NCBI GenBank assembly: GCA_010356995.1
Contig: ML996696.1
Span: forward strand, 684,364-748,363
Reading direction: 5' to 3'
DNA from: Trichodelitschia bisporula
Taxonomy: Eukaryota
Length of the DNA: 64,000 nt
The notes beneath the pieces were generated by a model. That model did no database searches and was not told where the DNA came from. It saw nothing but the letters and a program-made list of their open reading frames with translations. Below are positions 46,653-59,518 of this stretch, one piece after another; the stretch's first letter is position 1; the number at the start of each line of letters is the position of its first letter. The position numbers and the translations under genes are program-made.

Positions 46653-47815
46653 AAACGACGGAGAGTAATTGCTGCGCTGGCGGCGGTGTAGGTAGAGGTT
46701 GTGGACTGGTATGACGGGCGGAGGAGTCTTGGGACAAATGTGCGTTGCTTCGGGTTTGGTGGTGCTGTAGATCGTGCTGTGTTGAATAATAGCCGAGTCG
46801 AGATGTGAGCGGTTGCGTTCAGCCTTGTCCTTCGTGCCTTGTAGCCAGCAGACCCATCCGCTGCAGTATCAACTGTGAATTATCCCTTTTCAGTCTGCCA
46901 TCCGTGTACCCAGCGCAAGCCCGGTGGTTGCCCAATTGCGGCCCAAGCGAGCGCGCAGGAAGGAGTGGGCACGCGCCGTTCCAGGGCTAGGGCGATGACG
47001 ACAGCACCACCACCAGCCTTAACCCCCTCCACAATCACCCTCCATCGCACGCAAAACCACGCAAAACCATCAGCACAAGACCCTTAGCCCCCTCCACCGT
47101 GCGAACGGCCCCAGCCGTCGAAAATCTCTAGCCGAAACCGCGGACCCGCTGCGTCGGACCCCGTTCCCGACAGGCCGGGTAGGATCCGAGCACGGGCTTC
47201 GTGACGACGGGGCGGTCCGCGTGGGGCGGGGTGGGGGTAGGACACGCCCCGCTGGGATGTGGGACCGTTTTAAAGAGCGTGGGTGACTGGTGTGCTTGAT
47301 GGGGTGGCGAAGGGTTGATGTGGTTAATGAAGGCTTCGAGTGGCTGATGAAGTTGACGGTTCTGCAAGACAAGGGGATGCTGTAAGTGAAGAGGACCTGG
47401 CACGGACAAGTTTGAGGAGCGGAACAGCATGCCGAGCAAAGTGTTGGCTAGTAATACCCGTATAGCGAATGGACATCGATCGCGCAGTCCCCCCGTTCCG
47501 TATGCCTCGGGTTACTGTCCATCTATCTCACCCGTCGCCCGCCGCAGTCGCCGTGGACTTACAACCCCACCGGTTCCTTCAAGTCAGCTACCAAGTGAGA
47601 CACCAACCGTCCTCTATTCCTTTTTAAACCCCTCCGCCCCAACCCCGAACCGAGAAACAAGAGGGAATGAAAAATGCCTCGCCGCAAGAACGCAAACTCG
47701 CAGAAACAGAAAGGACAACCACCCGCCCAGAAATAGCAAAGAGATCTCGCCATCGTCATAAATTCATAAGATCGCGGCCCCCTTTTGTGCATCCGTCACC
47801 AGTGCACCCCCATGG

Positions 47816-49391
47816 TCACCGTGCTGACCCAATAGGAGGAATCCCAGACGTGTTAGCAGCGCGCTGTGCACGTTCACGCGCTTCCGCCTCGGTGGGCTTG
47901 CGACCCCATACCACGTATCTGGAACTTAGCTGGGCCGTCAAAATGCACGCAAGGCGACTCACATCCGATGATAGGCATGTACTCTCCGGTCCGAGAGAGC
48001 CTGGCGCACGCGTACAAGGTACACCTCAATCTCCTCCTTGGTCCATCCAAAAGCGGTGGAAAAATATCTAAGAGAGAAGGCCTGCAGTCCGTCCAGAAGA
48101 CTCTGCTCCCAAAACCGGCCGAGCAGCTTGTATTGCGGATCCTTGGGCCACGGGTTGATCGGCATCTTCATCACCTCCTCGTGCACGTCAACGAAGCCAG
48201 CCTGCTCGTACCATCTCTTCATCTTGTTGCCAGTGCGGATCGGTACCCTGCAAGACATGGCCGCTTCGTCCAGATTCCTCGACCATTCGAGGAAGGGGTG
48301 GTCTTCAGGCATCGTCCCGTCGTCGCAATACACCGTCGGGTAGAGTTCTTGGCTCTCCATCCACCCTCCCGGTTCCAGATAGCGGAATGAGCGGTTGATT
48401 AGCGCGCGGAAGTCCTTAAAGGAGCCTAACAATACACGCGTGTGGATGTAGTCGTATGTCTTTGAGCCCCAATCATCTTGTGAGTTGTCCTCAATTAAGA
48501 AGCGCACATTATCGAAGGGGCTGATAGGTCAGCAGTACTCAAACGAGAGGACGAGACGTACTTCTCCTCAAAACTCAAGGACAAATCCGTTCCGGTCAGC
48601 TGCACCTGTCAACACTGGTCCAGAGCGTGTGTGGAGACGAGTACCTGAGCATTTGGAAACTCTTCCGCTGGAACACGTTAGCTGCGGTTCGGGCATGTGA
48701 ATCGGTCAGTCGCACCCATTTCCAAGACCCAACGGCCAGTGCCAGTGCCGATATCCAAAATGCGACAGGGGCTTCCGATCGGCGCGAAGTAATTACGGTT
48801 GCCGAAGAGGTTCTTCAGCACGTAAAACTGCAAGTTGAGTCGCTCGTGCTCCATCTAGAAGCGTGAGAAGTCTTCCACCCGAGAATATGGCATGCATACT
48901 TCATCGTTCGGCAGATAGTACGCTTGACGCGTTTAGTACTGCAAATGCAAAAGGAGAGGTCACAAACTGCTGCCTTCGGAAAAACGGTGGTACGTCCGGC
49001 CATTTTCTCGGATGTACTCGTAAATGCTTTCCCTCACCGACCTTGTACTGCTGGCAGTGACCGGTTAGCGGGCACGGCGGCTGCGGGCAGCCGTGTGGGA
49101 CGAACGTACGACAGCACGCTGTTCTGGTCGTCAGACTGCGGGGGTTAGATGAGCTTTAATGGTGGCATGTGGCGAAGAAACGAAGACGAGTTCAGACAAA
49201 AGGAAACGATAGGAATTTTCACACCTGGTTTCAGATGAAAAGAGACGTCAAGGAGTGATGGGATAAACGAAATGTAGCAGTCTTACATCCGCTTCGATAA
49301 CGGCGCGTGGGCTGAGGGCATCATCAACGCTCGACTCAGGCGATTGAGTATTCAGAAAGGCCCCGGCTTGAGGCGTCTCTGGCGGTAACAT
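47816..49391 (-). CDS. LaeA-like SAM-dependent methyltransferase (Methyltransf_23/TAM type), multi-intron
   Basis: Spliced reading SIYEYIRENGRTYHRF..YYLPNDE|MEHERLNLQ..RILDIGTGTGRW...YDYIHTRVLLGS..LEPGGWMESQE..PINPWPKDP..HAY|..VVWGRKP. About seven introns. Confidence 0.92.
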
Positions 49392-52300
49392 GGCTGGGAT
49401 TGGGTGTGTGTGATGGACCCGAAGAATGGGGAATGTCGTCAGTCGCTCTGTCGAAATAAGGCAGGAGAGTGACTGCTGTGCGTGGGGAGTTGTACTCTGG
49501 GGTAATGTGTGAGAAGATGGGGTGTGGGAATGGGGCGGGGATGGTGGAGGTGTTGGGTGGAGGGAGGCAAAACCAGAGCAGCGGGCGAGAATTCCAAGGG
49601 AAAGGGACGGGAAGGAACCCAGGGAGACGGTTCGTGGCCGTTTTGTGCGAGGGGGGAAGGAATCGTGGGTAAAAGAGGCGAAGGGGAGAAGAGGTCGTTT
49701 TCCCTTGAATCATGTTCATCTCACCTCCATCGCTCGTCTCCTCTATCTCCCCCCACACACTACACCCACTCACTACCCGTACTTACCGTACTACACGTTC
49801 CCGTACCCCATACCCGCACCACGACCCCTCTTCCCTCCCCCCAATCCATCACCCTAGTCACTTCATTGCTTCCCGTTTCCTCATCAACCACGTTCTTTCC
49901 CCCATCTCCGACCCCGGCCATGTCCATTGCTCCTTTCTTTTTCGTTCCGACGAAGCAAGTGCTACCCTCTGCCTACCCGTAGCTTCGTCGCCGAGCCAGC
50001 TAGCAAGAAGCGGTAGCGCCTTCTTTGACTAGCTAGCCCGACCTTAGTGCCTTCCGTGTGCTCCACTTTGTAAGAGACCTTTTCCTGACTCCTACGGTAC
50101 AGCGGGGCAACACCTGTCGACTCTGCAGTCTGACAGAAGGGCAACGTGGGACGGGAGCGGTGGATGCCACGAAAGCGCAAATAGGAAAGGGCGAGGGAAG
50201 TCGAAGGCCCAAAGTCTCACCGCTGAATCGAACCTCTTACTATCCTTCAACGGTACACACTAATTAATATCCCGAAGAACCGATAGAGTACAAACTACAG
50301 CAGAAGCTCAAAGGTAAGCATTCGGACTTACTCTCCATGCCATCCCAAGAAAGAGATCAATACGAAGAAGCTAGTTCTAAGCTCCCAACCACTCCTTCCC
50401 ATTCGGCGCAATCTCGCCCCGCCCACCGGGCTCTCTGCAAGCCAGAACCCAGCCATACCTTGCGGGAGGTGAGCCTTTCCCTCGGAATCGGCGCGAGGTT
50501 GCACAGATGATGGCTGCAGCCTCGCACGACCATTTGCTCTTCTCTGTGCCGTGCTCGCTGAGGCTGCCGCGCGACGCGGGCGTATCGGGTGAAGAGGTGA
50601 GGGAACGCCCAGTCTCTGATGCGCATGCAAGTCTCGCATCTTACCCTCACTACGGATTACTCACAAGCAAAAGCCAGAGTTAGAGACTGTCTTCGACGTG
50701 GGGTGAGCGCGGGAGCGGCGCGCAAGAAAAATAAATAAAAAGAGGAGGAGGAGCTGCAGTGCAATGTCAAGGATCCCCCCGCCTTTCTCGCCCTACCGTA
50801 TTGCCGTTGTGCCCCCAGGCCGGAAACGGGTGAAGAGTAGCACGGGCTCACCGAGGAGTGCACGGAAGACGGATTACGATACAATAGTTCGTCACATGAC
50901 AAATATCAACGACATCGTCTTAGAATTGGGACTGAAGAGAGAGGATGTTGAAGCCGTTACCTCGTCCTCGAGGCACCTTACCCAGAACTGACAAGCACGC
51001 GATACGACACACCTTAATGGCAAAGCGAATGCAGTCTGCAAGGGCCTTAGGACGCTTGGAGAGCGAGATCAGTCGCAGGAAACTGGTTGGGATATGCGGC
51101 CCGACCCGTCCAACGTCGAGATGAACTCATTGCTTTTCCAGGGTTGGAGCTCCACACTTTTAGCGACATTAGGGCCAGACAGCAACTTTAACGACTTCAG
51201 AATATACTATACCTTGAAGATGTTCAGCGGACACCAATTAATGGCAGAGAGCAGTGGCAGGAAGCTAGCTCCGTATTCGGGCGTCGACATCTCGACATCT
51301 CTACGGTACCGGTACGAATATCCACACCGCTCTTCACTTCGTCTCGGCGGTCTCGCTCGGGCATACCGTAATGATCCAGGACCGAATGGCGGGAATCCGG
51401 GCTCTCCATTGATCTCATAATGACGACGCGGCCTAGCGTCCTCACCATTCCCGACCCCACAAAACGCATCAGGCACGCTGAGCCGGTACAAAGGCTGAAT
51501 CTGAGGCTGGGAGGCAGCAAAATATGAGCAGTCGGAAACAGTCATCGTTAGCTAATTTACAGAGCTTGCCGACCCTCTGCCAATTTCCCCTGGACCCTCC
51601 TTCGTTCTTCTCCGCGGACCCTTGAACAACATGGAACGAGACGCTAGCTGGACGCCTAAAGCAACGTATAGGAAGTATCACGGAAGCAACTCCAGACTGG
51701 TTACACAACGTTCGAAAGGTGAATTCGCTATCCGAGCAACCTAACGACGTGTTCCCGAGAATCTCGAAGATATCCAGTCTAGAGGCAATGGCTTCCAAGT
51801 TTCTTCTCGCGAAGGCAACTGGCAGGGCGCAAACCACACGAAATGAACGGTTCCTGGTTCGTTGGCTACATGGCCACGGCCTGGCACTTCTGACTTTCGC
51901 AAAGGATCCCTATTCGAAGCGAGAGCTGCATCACTGAAATTGCAGTCCCTTCATGGATTCCAGGCCTTAGACTCACGGCTACATTCGAGTATGGTGTTCA
52001 TCATGATCCACTGATCGGCACTTAGTTTTTGCAACGTCGGCAGGCCAGACAGACTTGCCTTGAGGTCAGAGGCCTCAATATTCGGTTCTACGAGCAAATA
52101 ACGATACTAACCACCATCCTCCTCCAAGCAAGCAACACTGTCCAAAACCATCACACCTACTGTAGTACAGCACCGCCATACTCCGCCGCCCGCGCCCACG
52201 ATTGCAGATACAACAGCAAGTCGAAGTATCTCAAATCAGTTTCAACCACCCCAAATATCCTGCACAACTCGCTTTCCAGCATCACTGCGCACCAATCCCG

Positions 52301-53309
52301 ACGCAACGAACGCCCCTGCCCACATGCATGCGACCCCGACCCCATCCCCCCAGCCCCGCAAGGTTGCACAGCAGCCTTGGCGTCCCCCTCGGTTCCACAA
52401 CACCCCGCACTCTCCGACCGAGCGGGCTGGCTTGTTTTCATGGCCAGACCGGTGGGATAAGGCCGGTGGGATGGATTGGAGCGCTGCTGAACATTCTTCG
52501 AACTTCAAGCAATCCTCACCGTACCATTACTTGCGGGAAGCGGGCACGCAACTCACAGACAACCTACCTGTAGCGCAGACGACAACGGACGCCATCCCTC
52601 CTCCGTAATCTTCCTGTCCATCCTTCGCCTCGCTTGCCCCCGTACATTGCAACGTAAGAAGGCATCTGCCGTGGCCCATCTGCAGCCGTGGCCCACGCGG
52701 CTCGCAGCTCCGGAGAATTTTGACTCGCGTATCACCGCGTCGCGGCTGCCCCTCGAACCCCGCTGCAGACTGCCGTACGACACAGATAATGCATGGCCGG
52801 AGAAGCTTGCGACGGGTCACAAATGGACCGACCGCGTTTTCTCTCGTGCATTCGCTGGGCGCTCCGTTTTGCATGTGCTTGGTCAATGGTCGGCGGCGGT
52901 TGGACGTTTTGGGCCTGTCTGCTGCAGCCTCTTTCCTGCACCACGACAATTGCGGCTCATGTGGCGCGATGGGCGAACGAACAGCGAGCCGCGGCACTGG
53001 GCGGTGGCGGGCAAGGAACCGTACGGTACAAGACCGGGAGTGCAGGGTGAGTTGCGGGTATGGTCGGCGTGCCGTGCAGCGGGTAGCTTTCTATCCGATG
53101 AGCTGGTCGCGCGTGGCAGTATACTTCACGTTGGATGAAAGTGCGGGGTTGACAAATATCAACACACGTCACTGTTGACATGCATAGAGTCAAGGAACGC
53201 TTTCATTCATTTCATCACACCCGAAGATCAGACATCGAAAGAGACAGTACAAAGTAACCATCGATCAAACAACGCGCCGATCGCCCAAGTTCTGCAATCG
53301 ATCGATGAC

Positions 53310-53604
53310 CTACTTCGAACCACCCTTCGCACCGGCCTCCTTGGCCGCCTCAGAACCCTTCTGGAAGGTGCCGTCGGGGTTGCGACCCTCGTTCTGATGC
53401 TGAAGGCCCTGCTGCGTTGTTAGCGATCCCCTCCCTGGCGTGCCACAATTGCTAGGCTGGAGAACTCACGTCATGAACGGACGAAGAGTGGTCAGAGCCA
53501 GAGTTGCCGCCGCCGTGGCTCGCACGACCACCCTTGGCTGCGATCTCACGAACCTCCTCCTTGGGGCGGTTGGCGAAGTTCCCGGGGTTGGTGCTGTCAG
53601 TCAT
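53310..53604 (-). CDS. Con-10-like conidiation/stress protein with KGG motifs
   Basis: MTDSTNPGNFANRPKEEVREIAAKGGRASHG...|..GRNPDGTFQKGSEAAKEAGAKGGSK*, with an intron at ~53412-53469. Confidence 0.88.
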
Positions 53605-54116
53605 TGTGAAGAGAGGATTGATAGCGAAGTTTGGTTTGGTGGAGCAGATGGAAAATTTGGAGATTAAAGTTGAAGCTTGATTGCAAGAAGAGCACAAACT
53701 TGATGAAATTGCTGTGTGATGGAGGAGTTGAATTCCCATATCAAACCCTCATACTTATACCCCCGCAAAGCTTCCACAGATGCCTCCCTTGCTCTTACCT
53801 GTTTGCCCGCACTTGAATCACGGTGATGTAATGGCCTCTCAAAAAGGCAATCGAGATGCGGCGTCCCTTCCTTCCCAGCTTCCCCGAACCGTGTCTCAGC
53901 CAAAAAGCGGGGCACACGTGAGAGCGCGACGCGATCGACAGGGATGGCACGACTTCCTTAGGCGCGAAGTGAAGTCACTCCCTCTCATACCTCCCCCTAT
54001 TCCAGGCAACTGCTCGCCCTCTTTACATCATCGCCTACGCCCCGTCTCCCGTCCTGCAACACGGCACGCGCAGGTCCGCCAACTTCGTACCTTTGTGATA
54101 CTGCACCTTCGTCATC

Positions 54117-55508
54117 ATGGCCGTCAAGCGTAAAGCCACCGACGTGGCCAGTGATGCGGCGAAGAAGACAAAGCAAAGCGGGTATGTGCGGTGTGATGTC
54201 AATGTACATCAGAACATTCCATCGATCGATCGCTGACAACCTGGTTAGCATAACATCCTTCTTCGGGAAATCGGCCAGTGGATCAGCTTCTACGAGTAAG
54301 GCATCCGGCACGACAGCCTCGCCCAAGTTCGACAAAGCGGTATGGGCAGCGAAGCTCACCGATGAGCAACGCAAGCTTCTCCAGCTCGAAATCGACACAC
54401 TGGACGAGACCTGGCTAGCACATCTGAAGGATGAAATCGTGACTCCCGAGTTCCTGAATCTCAAGCGCTTCATCGACAAGGAGATCGCCAGCGGCAAGCG
54501 CGTGTTTCCCCCTTTGCAGGATGTGTACTCCTGGTACGTTGCACCGATCGCGGTCCCTTACCTTATCTCTTCCTATCGGAGACTGACCCCCACAGGTCGC
54601 GCTACACACCCCTCCCAACCGTCAAGGCCGTCATCCTAGGCCAAGACCCCTACCACAACATCAACCAAGCCCACGGCCTGTGCTTCAGCGTCCGGCCTCC
54701 CACGCCCGCGCCCCCCTCGCTGAAGAACATCTACATCGCCCTCAAGAAGGACTACCCGACCTTCATCGCCCCGCTGAATAATGGCGGGCTCCTTACACCA
54801 TGGGCCGAGCGCGGCGTCCTCATGCTGAACACGTGCCTCACCGTCCGCGCCCACGAGGCCAACTCCCACTCAAACAAGGGCTGGGAACGCTTCACGCAGA
54901 AAGTCATCGACACGGTGGTTAAGAACCGCCGCAATGGCGTCGTGTTCCTGGCTTGGGGCAGCCCGGCGCAGAAGCGCTGCGCGACCGTTGGGTCGCCGCA
55001 TGTGGTGCTTAAGAGCGTGCATCCGAGTCCGTTGAGTGCGTCCCGGGGATGGGTATGTGTCCTGTCTTGTTGGACCCGAGATGAGAAGTGGGGCTAATAA
55101 GCGCAGTACGACTGCGGCCATTTCAAAAAGGCGAACGCCTGGCTGGCAGAGCGCTACGGGCCCGAGGGCCAGATCGACTGGAACTTGAACTCGACGCCCG
55201 GCGCCCCGCCGGCCAAGGACCTGCCGAAATTGGAAGACAAAGAGGCCGAATCGACCAAGCCGGAGGTTGAAGAATCGATGGCTCCGGAAGGCGAAGAGAC
55301 TGAATCCACAAAGAAGGAGAAGGCCGAACCCAAGACCGCTGAAGGCAAGGAAGCTGAATCCGCGAAGTCCGAGGCTGCTGAAGGCAAGGAACCCGAATCC
55401 GTAAAGGCCGAGACTGACGAAGGCAAGCAAGCTGAATCCGTGAAGGCCGAGGCCGCCGAGGGTAAGGAAGCCGAATCCACAAATTCCGAGCCACGATACA
55501 CCTCTTGA
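54117..55508 (+). CDS. UNG1: Uracil-DNA glycosylase (family 1) with an acidic repeat C-terminal tail
   Basis: PIP-like SITSFF, LEIDTLDETWLAHL, ILGQDPYH, AHGLCFSV, PPSLKNI, GVLMLNTCLTVRAHEANSH and HPSPLSA. Introns at 54182-54249, 54534-54595 and 55052-55106. Confidence 0.96.
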
Positions 55509-55795
55509 TCTGGTTTTTTATCTTCTAGCGTATCCGGGCGCACCGTAGGCGTTGCTTTCTAGATCTGTCTTGCCCAGAAGGAGGTGGTTTATTGTTGATG
55601 GCCATTATGTCGGCGATTTTACTCGGTGTTAAGTGTCCTTCAGGCGCAGATGGGGCTGTATCTGTGTAGCGTGTGGGTATGCAGGGCGTTTTAATGCTGT
55701 TAGGCTGTCAAAATATTGCGGAGTATACTCCGCGATCAACCCGAATACATCACACACCAATCCTGATCATGCATCATCAAACTAACCCGCTCAAA

Positions 55796-58732
55796 TTACA
55801 CATACCCCGTCGTCCTCCCCTCAACATACCTCTCCACCTCCAAATCCCCCGGCCACCCCCAAACACGCTCAACCACACCCCTAACCCGCTCCAGCACCTC
55901 CCGCTCCGCCCCCTCCATCCCAATTCCACCCCCCGCAATCCTCCCCGCCTCACCAGTAACCCTCCCATCCCGCCCCGGGCCCTCCAGAAACACCCTCACA
56001 GCACAAAGACACCACACCCACCGTCTCTCACCACCCAGATACTCCCCCCTGACGCGTGCTAAATCTTTCTCCCACCGCGCCGCAAAGGCTACGGAACGCT
56101 CTACCGCCCCGTGCGCACCTGCCATTCCCAGCGCGCGCACGTACACGTGCAGCGTCTTCGGCTCCGGGACGGTAAGCAGGCCAGGTAGACCCTCTTTTTC
56201 CTCACCGACGAGGGCCGTAAACGCGCCCTCTAGGAACGCAGGCACCTCGCCAAGCACGCGGCCTGCACGGTCCCGCAGCTCCACATCCTCACTGCCGAGC
56301 AGCGCCCGCGCCGCCCTTGCCGCATTCTCGACCACCTTACACAAGGCCGCAAAACCCGTCTCCTCGAGCGCAAACCCCTGCCGCTGCATATGCGCCACAA
56401 CGCTACCCGCCAAGTCCAGCGCAGTGATGTACCCAACACCCTTCGCATACGCCTCCGGATCGACGAACGGGTGGAAAGCAGCGGGTTTTCCCAGGGCGCT
56501 GAGCAGCGCGGTCCACGTCCTCGTGTCCGGCGGGTTGAACGTAAACGCCAGTCTCAGGGCCTGGAGCAGGGGCGCTGTGCTCGGGCCGCGCGGGAGGGCG
56601 GGGTGCGGCTCGCTGAGGAAGACAGGCGCGTCTAGGGAGGGGTAGCGGGTTAGCAGGGTTATGAGCGGGGTCAGGAGGCGCGGCGGGCTACTGTGGCTAA
56701 TCGTGAAGTCACCGCTGGGACGGGCGGCGGCCCAGAAAGACAGTCCGAGGTCCGGGCGCGGGGCGATGCTGGTTAGGAAGCCCAGTTGCCGGGGCGTGAA
56801 GTGTATTTTCTCGGCTTGGATGCGCGCCCAGAAGGACTCGGTGGAGGGCGGCGAGGTGCGCAGATGCATGGCCTCGACGGGGGATTCAGGTGGCGCGTAT
56901 AGCTCGCGCCCGTCGCCGGGGAGCGGGGCGGAGAGGTCGCGCCGAGTGGACTGGGTGGAGCGGCCTGGGCGCTTTGTGGTGCGTACGCGGCGGATGTGCT
57001 CGTAAATTAGCTTGATGAGCATGGCGTAGAAAACGCTTGGTTCGGAGGGGAGGCCCAGAGACTCGTATTGCAGGAAGCAGGCCCAGGCTTCGTGCAGCGT
57101 TCTGGTGGCTTGGATCTTGACGGCCCAGATCGCGGCGCCGGTTTCGGTAGGAGTGTGACTCTTCGGTGTGCTCTCCGCTGTGACGGGCAGGCGTTTGGAC
57201 CGACTCCTCTTCAGTGACGCATAGGTGGGCGCAACAGAGGGCATGCTGATCACAGCACGGTGCTGTATCGTCGGACTACCATCCACGTTCCAGCCGGCAA
57301 GGATTTTGATGCTAGCTTCCGTCACGTCTGGAGGGTAGCCCGCCTCAACCATGTGCCGTAGCGACTGCATAGCAAGCGACGCGCCGTATTCCGGATCTTT
57401 CTCATCGTCAAGCCGGGTCCGAGACTGCTTGAAGGGCGGCCACGACTTCGCCTTGAGCCCAGCCCAGTCCCGCTCCTGCGGCATCTTTTTGAGGCGTAAT
57501 AGGACCGTGGACACGGCTCTGTATCCCTCCTCGGCCAATACGAGTGGCGGATTATGCTCGAGCATTTTCCTGATGATGTCGAACTGTGCTCGCTGTTGCA
57601 AGGAAGATGCAATCATGGGACGAAGCTTGGTAGGTCGCGAAAAGAGACGTAGCGCGCGGTTGTGCAGGAATGTCCACCGCGCCAGATGATCTGGAGAAAG
57701 TCCCGAGGCCTCTTGCAGTGGCAGAACACGGGTTGTGAGCCAGGACGCAATTTGGGGTAGAGCCTCAGGCCAGACGCGGAGTGCATGTCGTACAAGGCGA
57801 ACTACGATGATAAACCGGTCGGTGGTGGTAAGGGTGCGCGGAAAAGGATACTGCGATGCAACGGAGAGAAGTATGCGTAGCGCTTTCCTCGAGATGTCCT
57901 TCCGACGAAGGAAGAAAGTGAAAACCCAATGTGGGACATCAGGGGTTCGAAGGCCAGAAGCGTGCGGTGGACAGATAAGCTCGAGCAAGAACTGAGCCGC
58001 AGCCACCGAGTCCCGATGAGACAAGATCGATGCCCACAGTCTGACATCCTCTAGAGTGTATCCCTTTCTCCCAAGGTATCCAAGCTCCTCCGTGGTATAG
58101 AGACCTTCATCCACAGCAACTGGATTGCCAGAGCCGAGAAAGGCGTCTGATTCCACGAGGTCCAACTCTTCTTGCACTTGGAGGTTTTTCGACATCGACG
58201 GAACCGGAGTCACTCGAATAGCTTTGGCCGTTATCGACTGGAGGGAGATGCGCGAGCGTCCACTCCAAGTCTCCTGCTTGGAGCTAGAATGCGGGGAAGC
58301 AGGCCCGCCGCGCTGCCACCGGTGAGGCATTGAAAGGTCAAGCTTGCTGTGCTCCCGAGCAGGCGGATGTACAGCATGATTCCCGGTCTCATTCAGAGCC
58401 TCGGATAGGTGAATGGACGGACTCGGCCTAAGCTTCATTTGCTTCCGACTAGGGATTATTATTTCCCCGACCAAGACTTTTCGGATAGGTAGCCGTGCAG
58501 ATTGTGGATCCAGGCTCTCGACGCTCAGTTGTTCGGATCCATCGTCAGCTCCTTGCGGCGGAGGAAGGAGCTGGATCTCCCAAGCCCGAGCCTCGCAACA
58601 TTTCACCGGGCAACTAGCTTCGGCGACATAGCTGGGCCAAAGGGGGATTGAAAGGGCCTTAGATCGGCCAGTCACAATCCCACTAGCTGAGAATTGTCGA
58701 GTAACGGGTGTATATGTAGCACTCTGCAGCAC
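55796..58732 (-). CDS. Large uncharacterised alpha-helical protein (~900+ aa), possibly mitochondrial and PPR-like
   Basis: 978-codon open frame with protein-like composition (LAGWNVDGSPTIQHR, TRTLHEAWACFL, LHVYVRALG). The true start and function are not established. Confidence 0.7.
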   Translation of the reverse strand: MLQSATYTPVTRQFSASGIVTGRSKALSIPLWPSYVAEASCPVKCCEARAWEIQLLPPPQGADDGSEQLSVESLDPQSARLPIRKVLVGEIIIPSRKQMKLRPSPSIHLSEALNETGNHAVHPPAREHSKLDLSMPHRWQRGGPASPHSSSKQETWSGRSRISLQSITAKAIRVTPVPSMSKNLQVQEELDLVESDAFLGSGNPVAVDEGLYTTEELGYLGRKGYTLEDVRLWASILSHRDSVAAAQFLLELICPPHASGLRTPDVPHWVFTFFLRRKDISRKALRILLSVASQYPFPRTLTTTDRFIIVVRLVRHALRVWPEALPQIASWLTTRVLPLQEASGLSPDHLARWTFLHNRALRLFSRPTKLRPMIASSLQQRAQFDIIRKMLEHNPPLVLAEEGYRAVSTVLLRLKKMPQERDWAGLKAKSWPPFKQSRTRLDDEKDPEYGASLAMQSLRHMVEAGYPPDVTEASIKILAGWNVDGSPTIQHRAVISMPSVAPTYASLKRSRSKRLPVTAESTPKSHTPTETGAAIWAVKIQATRTLHEAWACFLQYESLGLPSEPSVFYAMLIKLIYEHIRRVRTTKRPGRSTQSTRRDLSAPLPGDGRELYAPPESPVEAMHLRTSPPSTESFWARIQAEKIHFTPRQLGFLTSIAPRPDLGLSFWAAARPSGDFTISHSSPPRLLTPLITLLTRYPSLDAPVFLSEPHPALPRGPSTAPLLQALRLAFTFNPPDTRTWTALLSALGKPAAFHPFVDPEAYAKGVGYITALDLAGSVVAHMQRQGFALEETGFAALCKVVENAARAARALLGSEDVELRDRAGRVLGEVPAFLEGAFTALVGEEKEGLPGLLTVPEPKTLHVYVRALGMAGAHGAVERSVAFAARWEKDLARVRGEYLGGERRWVWCLCAVRVFLEGPGRDGRVTGEAGRIAGGGIGMEGAEREVLERVRGVVERVWGWPGDLEVERYVEGRTTGYV

Positions 58733-59518
58733 GGTCAGTGATGTGCTGGAAACCTTGGAGATATCGCACTTGAAGCACTCCTCTGGGTAATGGGCACAGA
58801 AAGATCGGTAGGCAGCCTAAAGACCTCCATATGCCATGGGCTGGTGTTGTCACTGACATGCATCGATAAGCGTCGAAAGGAGAGAATGCGGTGAGGAAGT
58901 CGGCCGGTGAAGATCGCGGCGATGTTCCACCAGCAGTTGTTGAGGCTTCGAGAAATCTTGGCCGGTGGATTTTCGGAGACCCTAGTCCTTGCCTGGCCAA
59001 GACTGGGGAGCCGATAACGGCACCTCGTCCATTTCCAACCACCACCAGCTACATACTGCACTGCCAAACCCCCACCTCTACAGTAGCGGCTCGTGGGGCT
59101 TGTAGTGACGTACGTATCTGCCAATCATGTATTGAACTTCCTGGCCCGCATGAAGCTATCATGAATATCCAGTATTCTCTATGGTGTCCAAGAGTTACCT
59201 CATCGGGCTGCCTAGCCAACAACTTACGCAGTAGTTCTAAATAAGGCCATGAACCACCTGCACGTCGAATGCAAAGATATCAGAACATGAACAGCCTCTA
59301 ACTCTTTCAGCCATCACCTGCCCCCGCTCGTATTCCAGCCTTGTCTCCAGAATCCTCATACCACGTGCAGCCTTGCCCCGGATAATCGGGGACCCCAGCA
59401 GCGCGTGACAGCCGATTTCGCCCGTCATCACAAGCTTCCCTCTGCCGGTAGCATAGAAATAGGTCGCAAGCACAAACTCTGCATATCTGGCATGTCACCA
59501 AACTGCACAACCACTCAA

